DNA from: Octopus vulgaris
Taxonomy: Eukaryota
Assembly: GCA_951406725.2 (NCBI GenBank)
Contig: OX597836.1
Coordinates: 4,216,001-4,280,000, forward strand
DNA: 64,000 bases
Reading direction: 5' to 3'
Positions 13,437 through 25,844 of the stretch are shown here, piece after piece. The first letter of the stretch is position 1. The number at the start of each line of letters is the position of its first letter. The position numbers and the translations under genes were made by a program. Under the pieces are notes generated by a model. It was not told the origin of the DNA and made no database searches. It was given only the letters and a program-made list of their open reading frames with translations.

Positions 13437-14379
13437 TTATAATGATAATTTTTTTTTTTTTTTCCGAAATATATATATAAGAGATTTTCAATTACGAATA
13501 ACGACAGAAACTGCGAATTTGAGAGTCGACGCAAGTTAGAGACCGTATCTGCTGCGGCTTAATCTGTTGCATTTCTGGAGGTTCTGGGTGGGGGGGGGAT
13601 AAAGATTTATATTCTCGAATAACTGATAAAATACATTATCCAAACCGAATGAACTGACAATATATCCAGGCATACATCATGCATATTCAATGGAAATAAA
13701 TACAACTCATGCATAATATATATATTTTATGACTTTATTGAAATGGTGTTCATATAACGAAGAATACAACGAATTGGATACTATTAGCGGAGATATATAT
13801 ATAAAAACAAAACTAATATTGATTCTGAATATATTTAGGAATATAATTATTATAGTTTTACTCTTTCGAGTATTCAGATTAGAATTCGTAAAATTCGAGA
13901 GATGAAAATATTACAGCAATTCTAATAATGAATGTAGATACAAATTGAAAACACACACATACTCAAACACACAAACACACAAGCGCAGGCAAAGACGCTA
14001 ACATACACACACAACTGTTTCAAAATTAATTTTGGTTTTTAACCCTCAAATGTAAAGTTATATATCTCTGTTCAGGATAAATTTTATTACATAAAATATT
14101 AACCATTGCTATTCACAAACTTTTGCCGTTAGAAACAAACCAATTTATTCCGGTAGCAAAGATTTCTGCATTTCTATCTCTGTTGAATTATTCTACAGGG
14201 TATTGTGTTATTGTTTGGTAATTAAAGGAATTATTTGCACCGTCGAACATTATGGAAATGTTTGAGAAAGTGAAAATCACTCGGAGGCAGTTCTTTGTGT
14301 TAAGTGTTCGAGTTTCGTGGCTGAGATCGTTCAGTTACTAAATTATTTTCTAGAGTAATATGTCAGCTGTAGGTGCTTT

Positions 14380-15260
14380 ATGACGAGTGCAGGAAGAATG
14401 TAACAGCCCCATCGAAGGAAACCTTATTATGAAAGGTGAGGCATTGATTAGAAAGATTGTACTTGTAAGTTCCAAATGCTACAGAGGAGGTGCCCTAGCA
14501 AGGCTGCAGTCTAATGACTGAAACAGGTGAAAGATAAAATTGTCTCACCCAGGAGGTATAGAATTTGATCCTTTCTCATATCGCAAGAGAAATTCCAGCT
14601 ACATTGGTGTCTGAATAAAGAGCGAGGGTTAATTCATGTTGTAATGCGGTGCAGTGTACCATTGCCAGCTAGCTTTAGTTTTCGGAGCCCTTGCATTCAC
14701 GCATATTACATTTGAAGCTGCAACAGTTGTGCAGAGGATGTACGTCGTGCTTCAGTACTTGAGCCAACATTGCATATACATCACCATGCTGATCAACAAA
14801 CTATACAGGTCCACGATCTCGCTAACAATTTACACTCCTTGCATGTTCGAGCAGAATACGCTTAAGGTTTTGAATAATGCATCAGTAATTCGATGTGAGA
14901 TGCTTACCAATTGTCTTATATATCTTTTTCTGGGGGAGGGGATGATATCGGCAATGCTGAGGTCGTCCTCCGTTCACACACTGCTCCTAGTTTTCCCAAC
15001 AGAATTCTTTTCGATATCTTGCACCTTAGGCTTTCGATTTCACAACATTATACTCTGCTTTAAAAATGAAGCATTAATTTATACATTTCGATATTTTAGG
15101 GATTGACATAATACTCGATAGCAGCGGTCCTTTTGTGGCAAATTTGCTTCATATGCATTATTTCAATACAGAAGATATTGAGTAGTATTACCGGAACATT
15201 CGTACGCACGGGTAGGTCAATGAAAGCCCAAAGGAGACTTCGCCCGATATAAAGCCATGG
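14380..15260 (+). pseudogene. Highly decayed Ty3/Gypsy pol fragment (RNase H-integrase linker, zinc-binding domain, integrase core), interrupted by a SINE B 3' end at ~14485-14540
   Basis: Motif remnants in the correct order: IEGNLIMKGEALI (~DGLILKGERIV), SHPG, LHWCLNKE..MRCSV (~YWPGLNKE..C..C), NYTGP (~DYAGP), FDILGIDIILDSSGPF (~FGIP..IVSDNGP.F), PEHS...GQ (~PYHP.SNGQ). Confidence 0.55.
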
Positions 15261-15954
15261 ATCATACCGGCCTCATTGATAGAAATTTTCTCAAGCAATG
15301 CAGTTGTAGTAACTGCAGTAATGTCAACATTTTAACGCCTCTGTTCAGGGGCTAAGAGAGAGAGAGAGGGGAAGAGAGACAGGGAGAAAGAGAGAGAGAG
15401 AGAGAGAGGACCGTTGTTCAGATCGGTTGGTGGTATTGCCGATATCAAGCCGTGTCTCACAGAGTACTTGTGTGCTGGAGACCGCTATGAGGAATGGCTT
15501 GGCATACGTAAGCACACAAACACAGATACACACATAAACTCACACACAAACACACTCACACACACATACTCGCACACACATACACATAGACAGAGACATA
15601 TACATATGAAGAAAGAGAAAGGAAGGAGCGAGGCGCATAGGGATAATCAATGAGCAAATTTAAAAATTCCCCCACCTCATGATTTGGTTTCAATTTGCAT
15701 ACAAATATATATACATATATCAATATGCAAATATGTTTATGCATACATTCTTACGCATACATATCATGAACAAAATTTCTGTGTTGAAACATACACATAT
15801 ATACGCATGCGTGCGTGCCTACATTGATACATACCTAGACATATGTAAAGGTATGTATACATGTAGGTATACACTTGCACGATATTATATGTATTGTACA
15901 AACACAATCATACAAATATATGTTAGTGAGGACTCCATGTATATCTGAATATAT

Positions 15955-16049
<95 letters not shown>

Positions 16050-16057
16050 CATACATA

Positions 16058-16111
<54 letters not shown>

Positions 16112-16113
16112 CT

Positions 16114-16168
<55 letters not shown>

Positions 16169-16744
16169 GTGTCTTTCATTGCACTATACTTATACAAGTA
16201 CCCCTCTTCAGATTCTCAGCATAATTACCTATCAATTCGAATTCAACCATTCTACTCAAGAATCTTTTAATAATTCCGACATTGCCTCCTCTTCCCACTC
16301 CACACAGCGTTACCTCCCCATTACAATGATTTCTTCTACAATACCATACGTCAGACGCATCACTCTCACCATTTGAGAATACATTCTTGAGTTCACTATC
16401 GATTTGTAAACCCCACCCACACACACCCACACCCACACACACACACACATTCCCTCTCTCTGCTCTTACGCAAACACAAACACAGCCACATCTAAATCAG
16501 TAAGTTGAAGGACACACGGATACACACATACACAGAAAATAAATGTATAAATGAATAGACTTGATATAGATATTTAGGACAAAAAAAGTCTCTTCAAAGT
16601 CACAGACATCAGCTGTCCATTATATTTGAGTCTCTCTTTCAGCAACGAGAATATTTGTGGAATTTGGTTTCGAAAGTTGGAGGCTTTCTACTTGGATGAT
16701 GCGTCCATATTTGTAAAAAAATAATTATTCGGACAATTAGTTAA

Positions 16745-16950
16745 CATTTCCTTGTTTCAGTCATGAGATTGTGGTCAGGTTGAAGAATTTGGATTGGAAT
16801 GAAACGTCCGCAGCATTTATATACATTGTTGTAAGTCTCGTGCTTATTTTATTTTGTTCTTGCCGAACCGCTAAGTTACGGTGACATAAACAGATCAACA
16901 CTGGTTGTCAAACGATGGTGGTGACAAGCCTGGACCCCAAAACACACATA
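16745..16950 (-). mobile_element. SINE family B 3' half
   Basis: ttgccgaaccgctaagttacgg.gac.taaac...caacactggttgtcaa. Confidence 0.75.
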
Positions 16951-16971
16951 CGCACATACATACATACATAC

Positions 16972-17093
<122 letters not shown>

Positions 17094-17108
17094 ACAGATA
17101 GATAGATA

Positions 17109-17175
<67 letters not shown>

Positions 17176-17197
17176 CAATTAAGGACAACTACTTAAT

Positions 17198-17495
17198 AAG
17201 GACAACTAATTCCGAAAAAACTTTTCCTCTCCCGAAATGCAATTCGTAAAAGTTTGCCATTTGACCGGATGTAATATATGTAAACTCACCCATGTGCTTC
17301 GTTGATGTTGAACAGTTAGCTGATCGACTTAAGCGGGGCAGGGTCGTTGTTTATTTATAATGCATTCAGGCCTGCTGATGAGTACGTAAGTATGAAATCA
17401 CTGTGATACAGGTCTATATTTTTTAAATGTCTTACTTTGAAAAATTGCATTCGGTGGGATTAGTAATATTTTTGGTAGAAATGACTAATTGTCCC
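17198..17495 (+). mobile_element. ~300-bp non-coding element with degenerate terminal inverted repeats and an internal hammerhead ribozyme
   Basis: Left aaggacaacta..cccgaaatgcaattcgtaaaagt vs right actttgaaaaattgcattcgg..taattgtccct; flanked by (TA)n arrays. Confidence 0.6.
17368..17415 (+). ncRNA. Minimal type I hammerhead ribozyme
   Basis: aggcctg-CTGATGA-gtac(gtaa)gtat-GAAA-tca(ctg)tga-TA-caggtct: 7-bp stem I with one G-U, exact core, stem II with GNRA loop, near-palindromic stem III, AUA cleavage triplet (cut after 17408). Confidence 0.85.
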
Positions 17496-17551
17496 TCTTA
17501 GCGTTTGGCATGTATGTATAATGCCTTCTGGCATGTATGTATAATGCCCTC

Positions 17552-17621
<70 letters not shown>

Positions 17622-17756
17622 CAGACAGATAGATAGAAAGTATATCTAATGCTTTGGAATAAATGGACAGACGCAAATGTCTACCGGATGAGGTATGTCG
17701 TTTTGTATCCTCTCCATTTTCTTATTTGCTATACATACATACACATACACACACGC

Positions 17757-17873
17757 AAGGTTCCGGGTTCAGTCCCACTGCGTGGCACCTTGGGCAAGTA
17801 TCTTCTACTATAGCCTCGGGCCAACCAAAGCCTTGTGAGTGGATTTGGTAGACGGAAACTGAAAGAAGACCGT

Positions 17874-17937
<64 letters not shown>

Positions 17938-18162
17938 GGTGTATGTTTGTGTGTCTGTGTTTGTCTCCCTAGCATTGCTTGACAACCGATGCTGGTGTGT
18001 CTATGTCCCTGTCACTAAGCGGTTCGGCAAAAGAGACCGATAGAATAAGTACTGGGCTTACAAAGAATATATCCCGGGGTCGGGTTGTTCGACTAAAGGT
18101 GGTGCTCCAGCATGGCCGAAGTCAACTGACTGAAACAAGTAAAAGAGTGAACAAGTAAAGAG
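17757..18162 (+). mobile_element. SINE family B, nearly complete and little diverged
   Basis: B-box-like ggttccgggttcagtccca; CORE-like ggcaccttgggcaagt; internal (TA)n(TG)n; 3' ctgaaacaagtaaaagag. Confidence 0.9.
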
Positions 18163-18165
18163 TAT

Positions 18166-18200
<35 letters not shown>

Positions 18201-18770
18201 CATAGACACACACACACACATATATATATACATAGACACACACACACATATATATATATATATACATAGACACACACACACACATATATATATACATAGA
18301 CACACACACACATATATATAGATAGATATGGCTAGATAGACAGATAGATATACAAAACAAACACATATATAATATCCAACATAGTATAGTACTTAATGTA
18401 GATACACCAATGGCAAGGATAATATTTTCTCCGTAGAAATCCAGGTTTAAAAACACAATATACATCAGAGCCAGGTGGGAAACCCTCTCTGGAGTGATCC
18501 ACGAGTTCGTCAGACGGATTTCTGCTTCATTGTGCCTCGTCATTAAAGTGTAATACCCAAGAAATATGCCGTCTCTGATATTTATGGGAGCCCGAAAATT
18601 ATAAATCTACTTTTATTGCAAAAATGTGACACGTTGAATAAAATCACTGTGTATGCAATGGAAACATCATTAAATTATTATGGTCACAGATTACTATTGT
18701 CATCCAATACCGCTTCAGAAGCACTCTCAAAATAAATATACCTGTGTGTTTGTTTGTGCCTCTATGAGTC

Positions 18771-18808
<38 letters not shown>

Positions 18809-18901
18809 TGCATGTACATATGCGTATATACATGTGTATTTATTCTACTGGTATTTGAGTACTCTTTTTTCCACCTTGTTTCACATTAATGTGTTTACTG
18901 C

Positions 18902-18962
<61 letters not shown>

Positions 18963-19755
18963 GAAAATTTAAATAATATCGCTTTAATTGAATAGGTGCT
19001 TCAAATTATTCACAGACACACACAAACAGACAAGCACTCACACATACGTGTGTATTCATATATATATACAGGTATATATTTATACTCTAAGTGGTGGCCT
19101 GTTGGTGACTACATTACTATAGTGTACCACAGAACATTGCTATATATTTGTTTAGTCAACGCTGTGCGTAAACGACGATGGCAAACAATATAACTATACA
19201 GTATATACTTGGCTGAACAATATGTTTCTGTCCACCAATATATTCTATAGATATATTGTTCAGAATTGTCGTAACACAGGCTGCTGTCTAATAAATCAAT
19301 AACGGTACGTACCTATATACGTTTATACATACGTGTATGCATACATACATTGGCACGTGCACTCATTCTCCCATACATACGTATATGCATACATTCATAT
19401 ATCTATATGTGTGTATGTAAATATATATATATGTATATGTGTATATATATATGTACATATATATATGTGTGTATATATGTATGTAAATATACATACATAT
19501 ATATATATATATATATATGATTATAAAACAGAAGTATATAATCGTAGTTATGAATATGAGTGTGTGTGCGTATATATGTGTGTGTATATTCTTATGAATA
19601 TTTATATATGAATCTTATGTATACGCAATGCATTATACATATATACACACATATATATACGTGCATATATATGTATGTATATATATATATGTGTGTGTGT
19701 GTGCATGTATATTTCAGTCGTATAAAATACAGGAATATATGAATATATATATATA

Positions 19756-19863
<108 letters not shown>

Positions 19864-19989
19864 AAATTATTATATGCTCACTCACAAACGTATTCATTTG
19901 TAAATATTACCAGTATTCTTCGACGATGCCCCACACAGTGTAGACTCTGCCGAATAACTGGAATGCAAGCACTCTGTCTGCCAAATTTA

Positions 19990-20184
19990 TGCGCTCAGCT
20001 TTAGCGTACATGTGCAAGGATTGCAGGCAGTGCAAGCGTCCCCACTAAAACTATTGAAAAGAATACACGATGCAACGAACATTTTAGAGAAATATATAAA
20101 AATAAGAAATAAGTGGAAATTTTGCCGGTGAGTGTGTTAAATTATAAGGCACTAAAAGAGAATGATTCTCCCCAGACACAACAG
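19990..20184 (+). mobile_element. One arm of fold-back family H2
   Basis: gaaataagtggaaattttgccggtgagtgtgttaaattataaggcac..tctcccagacac is the reverse complement of the left arm at 22606-22730. Confidence 0.8.
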
Positions 20185-20221
20185 TTTGCATACATACACC
20201 CTTCATATATATATATATACT

Positions 20222-20762
20222 CGACGGGCTTTCAGTTACCTTTTCACAAGTCCAATGAAAAGTCTTCGGTCGGTCTGAGACTATAGTAGAAGACACTTAC
20301 CCAAGGGGCTAAGCACACATCCCACCGACCAAGTATCCGGGCATGCCTGCAGTTTACCATCAACTGCCGGCAATCTCCCGTTCTTTTTTCGTTTCCGCTT
20401 TTTCTTTCCGACGGGAGGGTGGAGTTCCTCCGTCTTGTCTGGAAGTCCTTCCATTCCTCCCGCCACCTCAGGATCCGTTGTTGGGCAACAATTGTTGCCC
20501 ACCTTCTTTCTTTTTCGATGGGGTTGCCCCCTCTCGACTTCCTCCATCTTTCGCTCCCCAACTAAATGGGACAGCAAGGGGCTCTTCTATTGACTGCTCC
20601 AGGACCTTTGCTTGGTCCTGGCGGCAGATGTCCTACCTAGTAGTCGTGTTTCACTATTTCACGAAGCTGACACACACCGACAAGACTTCCACCGCGGAAA
20701 AAAAAAGCGTCCACATTGTACTGAAGTAAACAAGTTACTTACCACATCACCATTCCTGTACC
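20222..20762 (-). mobile_element. SINE family B 5' part interrupted by a ~400-bp GC-rich insert
   Basis: ctatagtagaagacacttacccaagg (to 20306), then resumes as aagttacttaccacatcaccattcctgtacc (20732-20762). Confidence 0.7.
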
Positions 20763-21220
20763 AATATATATATATATATAGTTGAATTTTTCAGAACAAA
20801 TTTGTAACAACAAGCATGTGTTTTAGTTTGACGCTCGGTAAAATGAGAAAGACTGCTACGTTTTGAGCCCGGGGTCTTCAGTAGAAAGGAATAACAGAAA
20901 AAAAATACAGAGAGAGAACGAAAGAGAATTTGTTGATTTAGTCAAAAAGGTTTGACACAAGAGGTAGGACGAATGGTCAATTATAACGTATTGGTGATCC
21001 CAAAAGGAAAAGCGAAGAAAAGAAATAAAGAGAGAAAAACGAACGTGTGATAGTGCACAAAAATTATACCAGCTTCACGATCCGTGAAAGAAGAGAATTT
21101 TTAATGTTTCGAGCATGGCTCTTCGTCGAAAAGGAGAAAGGGAAATGTCCTGAGTAGGAGGAAACAGGAAAATCGCCAACCGTCTATACACATAGAGAAA
21201 GATAGCCAGAGTCGGAGAGA

Positions 21221-21271
<51 letters not shown>

Positions 21272-21717
21272 TGAGAGTGAGTGATCTTCATGCACATCTA
21301 AGCCCGGTTTATAATGATTCCCATAACCAAATCCCGAAACAATAAACAAAGATAACGCCACAGTTACTTCGCAATAGAATGGTTTTGCAGACTGTTCCGT
21401 CTTAACATTTATTACTTTGACAGGGTTACAGTTCTTGATATACCGAAATTTCATTTCTGATTAATGTCAGTATTAATCACTCTTATCAAATTACCCCTTA
21501 ATTAGTAATTATTAGCCATATAACAAAGCACTTTGTGATATTCATTAGATGTTTAATGCACATAGTCGAGATTTTTCTTTATCGATAATAAAATTATTTC
21601 TCTTGTACGAGCAGTGTCACATGTATTAATCAATAGAATAATTCGATTAAGATTCAATAAAATTTCGTTTAAACTACAAAGGAGGTGATAAGGCTATGGC
21701 GTTAACATTTACATATT

Positions 21718-21884
21718 GGCGCAGGCGTGGCTGTTGTGGCAAGAAACTTGCTCTCCAAACCACACGATTCGAGGTTCAGTTTCACTGCGTGGCACATTAT
21801 GCCAATGTCATCCAACATAGAGTCGGGTCGACCACAGCCATGTGAGATGATTTGATAGGCGGAAACTAAAAGAAGCCTGTCGTG

Positions 21885-21885
<1 letters not shown>
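21718..21885 (+). mobile_element. SINE family B 5' half
   Basis: ggcgcaggcgtggctgttgtggcaag..ggttcagtttcactgcgtggcac. Confidence 0.8.
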
Positions 21886-21915
<30 letters not shown>

Positions 21916-21984
21916 TTGTGTGTGTCTGTGTGTGTATATGTATATATATATATATGTACGTATGTATGTATATGTATTTTGTTT

Positions 21985-22282
21985 TCGTTTTATTTGTTTC
22001 ATTCATTTGACTGTGGCTATGCTGGAGCACCGTCTTTTAGTCGAAACAATCAGCCTCAGGACTTATTCTTTGTAAGCCTGGTGCTTATTCTATCGGAATA
22101 TCCTGCCGAACACAGTAACATATTTTCTCAACTGATGGTGGGGACGATTAATGCAGACACAAACACACGCATATAAATATGTACATATATTTATATAGGA
22201 CGGGCTTCTTTCAGATTTTGTCCACCATATCCACTTACATGGCTTTGGTCGGCCCGAGGCTAGAGTAAAAGATGCTTGCCCA
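21985..22282 (-). mobile_element. SINE family B, inverted relative to the 21718 copy
   Basis: tcatttgactgtggctatgctggagcaccg..ctttggtcggcccgaggcta. Confidence 0.8.
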
Positions 22283-22348
22283 ATATATGTATGGATTACC
22301 GTTTCAACACACACACACACACACACACAGATTTACACACATACACTC

Positions 22349-22426
<78 letters not shown>

Positions 22427-22435
22427 TTATATTAT

Positions 22436-22572
22436 TAATAGTAATATTATGACAACAAAATGAGACCTCGATAGTAAGTAAATAGAGGAATTTATCTGTA
22501 ATATATTATGTGGCGATTATTCGGAGTTTTATTATGGCAACCGAATAACTGTAACACATTATATTACCGATA
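22436..22572. mobile_element. Internally deleted fold-back element (family H3); related end at 56594-56665
   Basis: tatctgtaatatattatgtggcgattattcgg ... ccgaataactgtaacacattatattaccgata are inverted; atgagacctcgata.ta.gtaa.tagac/ggaattta is shared with 56624-56660. Confidence 0.7.
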
Positions 22573-22605
22573 TATATATACATATATATATATTTATATA
22601 CTGCA

Positions 22606-22784
22606 GTGTCTGGGGAGAGTCATTTTCTTTTTGTGCCTTTAATATTTAACACACTCACCGGTAAAATTTCACTTATTTCTTATTTTTATTTTCCTGAAAT
22701 TTTCGTTGCGTCTTGCAACCTTTTCAATACCCAAGAGTGTGTTAAATTATAAGGCACAAAAAGAAAATGACTCTCCCCGGACAC
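22606..22784. mobile_element. Fold-back element family H2 with ~50-bp terminal inverted repeats
   Basis: gtgtctggggagagtcattttctttttgtgcctt..tttaacacactc (22606-22656) vs gagtgtgttaaa..aaggcacaaaaagaaaatgactctccccggacac (22735-22784). Confidence 0.9.
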
Positions 22785-23608
22785 AAAAGTATATAATATA
22801 TATAATATATGTATGTATGTATATATACATTTCTCTGTTACCATACATGTGTGATGCTGAGGACAATTTCGGCGTTATGTTCGGCAGGACGAACGGGTAG
22901 ATAAACACCCAGCTGGTAAGCGAGGCTGTATACGTTTGTATGTTATGTGTAATAATCTACTGGTATTTGAACTCATCACTCATTCCGGGAACGGAGCAAG
23001 AACAAAAGAACGAATGTGTCAGCACCATAATTTTCCAAAGTTAAAGGTTGAGGACAGAGAGATTTACTAGGAACGTTTATGTATTATTTATTACATGCAG
23101 ACAAGCCGCAGCTCCTAAAGTGAGTTGATTCACTTAGTTGTCTTGTGTCGTTGCTTGCACAAGCAACGTCTTGCGCACTCTCACCACACACACATACGCA
23201 CATACGTACATACATACTTACAGACATACATACACACATACATACATATATTCTTGCATATATACATATATGTGAGCGTGTGTGTGTATGTATGTATATA
23301 TGTAAACACACATGCGCTCTCACACACTTGTATATATTAAGGAAAATAGATAGGTAGATGCAAGATTCAAATATATATATATATATTTGTATGTATGTAT
23401 GTATATGTATATATATATATATGTATATATATATGTGTATATATAGAGTTAAATCTATGTCCATATATATATATGCATGTATGTATATAAATACATACAT
23501 ATATACATATATATATATATACATATATATATATATGCATGCATGTATATAAATATATACATATATACATATATGTATATATATATATATATACATACAT
23601 ATATATAC

Positions 23609-23641
<33 letters not shown>

Positions 23642-24079
23642 CACACATAAATATATATATATGCACATACATATATTTATATATACACGCAAACACATCC
23701 ATACATAGAAATATATTTGTTATATTTGTTTGTGTATTTATGTACGCTTGTGTGTGTGTGTATCACTGTGTACCTGTCGATGCGTGTATGCTTGTATGTG
23801 TATATACGATAGATGTCAATTACTCTCCGCAGTTGGTGCTAGCGATTCATTCTATCGCTATGTCAGGGGGAATTTCGTTATGACTTATGAATTATTAATG
23901 GCCACAAAAGACCGTATTCTTGTCTGTGTTTAATGCATTTGGTTAGTTCTCTGCTGAAATTTGGCAGTTTCGTGAATGTAATAAGAATTTTGTAACTATA
24001 ATAGGGTAGTTGTCGCAGGAAAGATCTGGCATTCGCCTCTTTCAGTCGTATAATGGATATATATTTTACTCTTTGTGGC

Positions 24080-24480
24080 TGAGGATAAAAAAATGTCAGC
24101 ATTATTATATTATTATCTGTGCGTTTCTACATTTTCTTTATTATCAGAGGACTCGGAACAAACGAGTATGTTACAAGAAGCGTGTGTCCATGAAATCCGC
24201 CAGTTGCATATGTCGAAAATGAAATTGTTTGGTCAAGTAACACGATGGAAGACATTTAAACTACAGTTAGACTATGGTCAGACAAGGGGAAATATGAACA
24301 GTAAAATAAACTCTCAGTGGTAAAAAATAAATAGGAGCTCCACATATAAGTGTATAAGTAACATCAAAGGACAATTAGAGGGGAATATGGAGAAAATTAT
24401 GACAATACCATCGAAATTATAACTCCATCACTCGTTGCGAGAGTATATGGACGCGTATAAGCTTCACCATCTTGCTTTGC
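24080..24480 (+). pseudogene. Decayed 3' end of an RTE-like LINE ORF
   Basis: MKLFGQVTRW..KLQLDYGQ..GKK*IGAP resembles LRW.GHV.RM....LLYGEL..GKR..G.P. Confidence 0.45.
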
Positions 24481-24699
24481 AAGTGAAATATTCGTATGAC
24501 TTAGCACTGTTTTTGGAATCGTAGCTGTCGTTACTCTAAGCAAAACCTATATTTTGTTTGTTTGTGATAATTGTTGCCTTGATGCAGATTCGGTTAACAC
24601 TGTTGAATTTTATATGCTAACTAAATGCAAGTGAAGTTGCGTTTTCTAGTGCTTAAGAATCACAACCCCAGAGGTGGTATCATGGTTTTGATTTACAGG

Positions 24700-25378
24700 C
24701 CAGTCAGTGCGTTTTGTTCCAGAGCAAAAAAACTTCATATTAACATATTGCTTAGCGCTCAATGCTCTGCGAACATTGTTAAGTCTAGAAGCCGGAACAC
24801 TGACAACTGCAACAGATTGTGAAGCCGTGACCAGCAGAAAGGGACACTGCAGGCGTTCTAATTGCGTCTGCATTACGAGTTTCTCCTCCATATATTTGAA
24901 AAGGGCCTTAGGCAGATTTCAGAGAACTATGAGAAGCTACTGGAGACTATAGTTAAAACCTGTCTGGAGAGGTTGGCTGCTGGGAGGTCATATATGTGGC
25001 AGCAGGATTTTTCACCTTGCAATACCTCCTGAAAATGTCAGAAGTGTTTGTCAGAGATTGTTTACGAGTTCGTTTGCTCCAATTGCTGGTCTTTTAATTC
25101 CTCCGAATGTTAATCCATGGATGAATATGGGTAAAAGGTTGCCATAAAAGACACCAGCCACACTTCTTGCAATACTAAGGCCGGATGAAAAAGGAGTTCG
25201 AAGATCTTCTCCGTGACACAGTGCCAAGTTCTCGAGCACCGTTATGGCTGTAATGGAAGATTTTATCTCCAAGATATTATCTAATTAATAGTTGTTGAGC
25301 ATCGAAAATATTCATTTTTAGATGCGATATTGAGATTCCACTTGTTGCAAACTGTCAATTTTAGCCGGAACAAGTTAC
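24700..25378 (+). pseudogene. Internally deleted Tc1/mariner transposase of the DD37D (maT) type
   Basis: YMWQQD-FSPCNTS*KCQKCLSEIVYEFVCSNCWSFNSSEC*SM-D: 37 codons between the two Asp; remnant of WPPNSPDLNPLDY; probable right TIR actgtcaattttagccggaaca at ~25351-25372. Confidence 0.75.
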
Positions 25379-25689
25379 ATTTAGGTAATGTGTTGTAGTT
25401 GGACTGAACACGGTACCTGGCGGTACCGATGTTGGTGTGTTCATGTCCCCGTAAACAGCGGTTCAGCGAAGGAGAACGATAGTATAAGTACTAGGCTCAC
25501 AAAGAATAAGTCCTGCAGCAAGGTAAAATTATGGGTTATTTTGTTCGAAAGGACAACGGAATTGAAACCAGAATCATGCGATCAATATCTCAACACTCAA
25601 ACCAACAAGCCAAATGCCTCACAAACAGACAGACAAATGCACGCGTTCGCGTACACTCACGCACATATAGCGATTTTAAATTTTGGCAA

Positions 25690-25822
25690 AAGGCTAGCAA
25701 TTTCAGGAGAGGTGATGGGTCCATGACATCTTATTTTCCGACCTCGGCGGAATTTGAACTCAGAATGTAAAGGTGGACGAAATGTATTCTTCATGGCGTG
25801 CTTCTCAATTCTGCCAGCTCGT
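25690..25822 (-). mobile_element. SINE family A, deleted copy
   Basis: cgacctcggcggaatttgaactcagaa..attctgccagctcg. Confidence 0.75.
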
Positions 25823-25844
25823 CACGTTAATTGCACACAGGTAT

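Noticed and set aside
18430-18525. Minus-strand CTGACGA within agaaatcc/ggatttct inverted repeats
   Set aside because: No properly placed GAAA or stem III, so not a hammerhead
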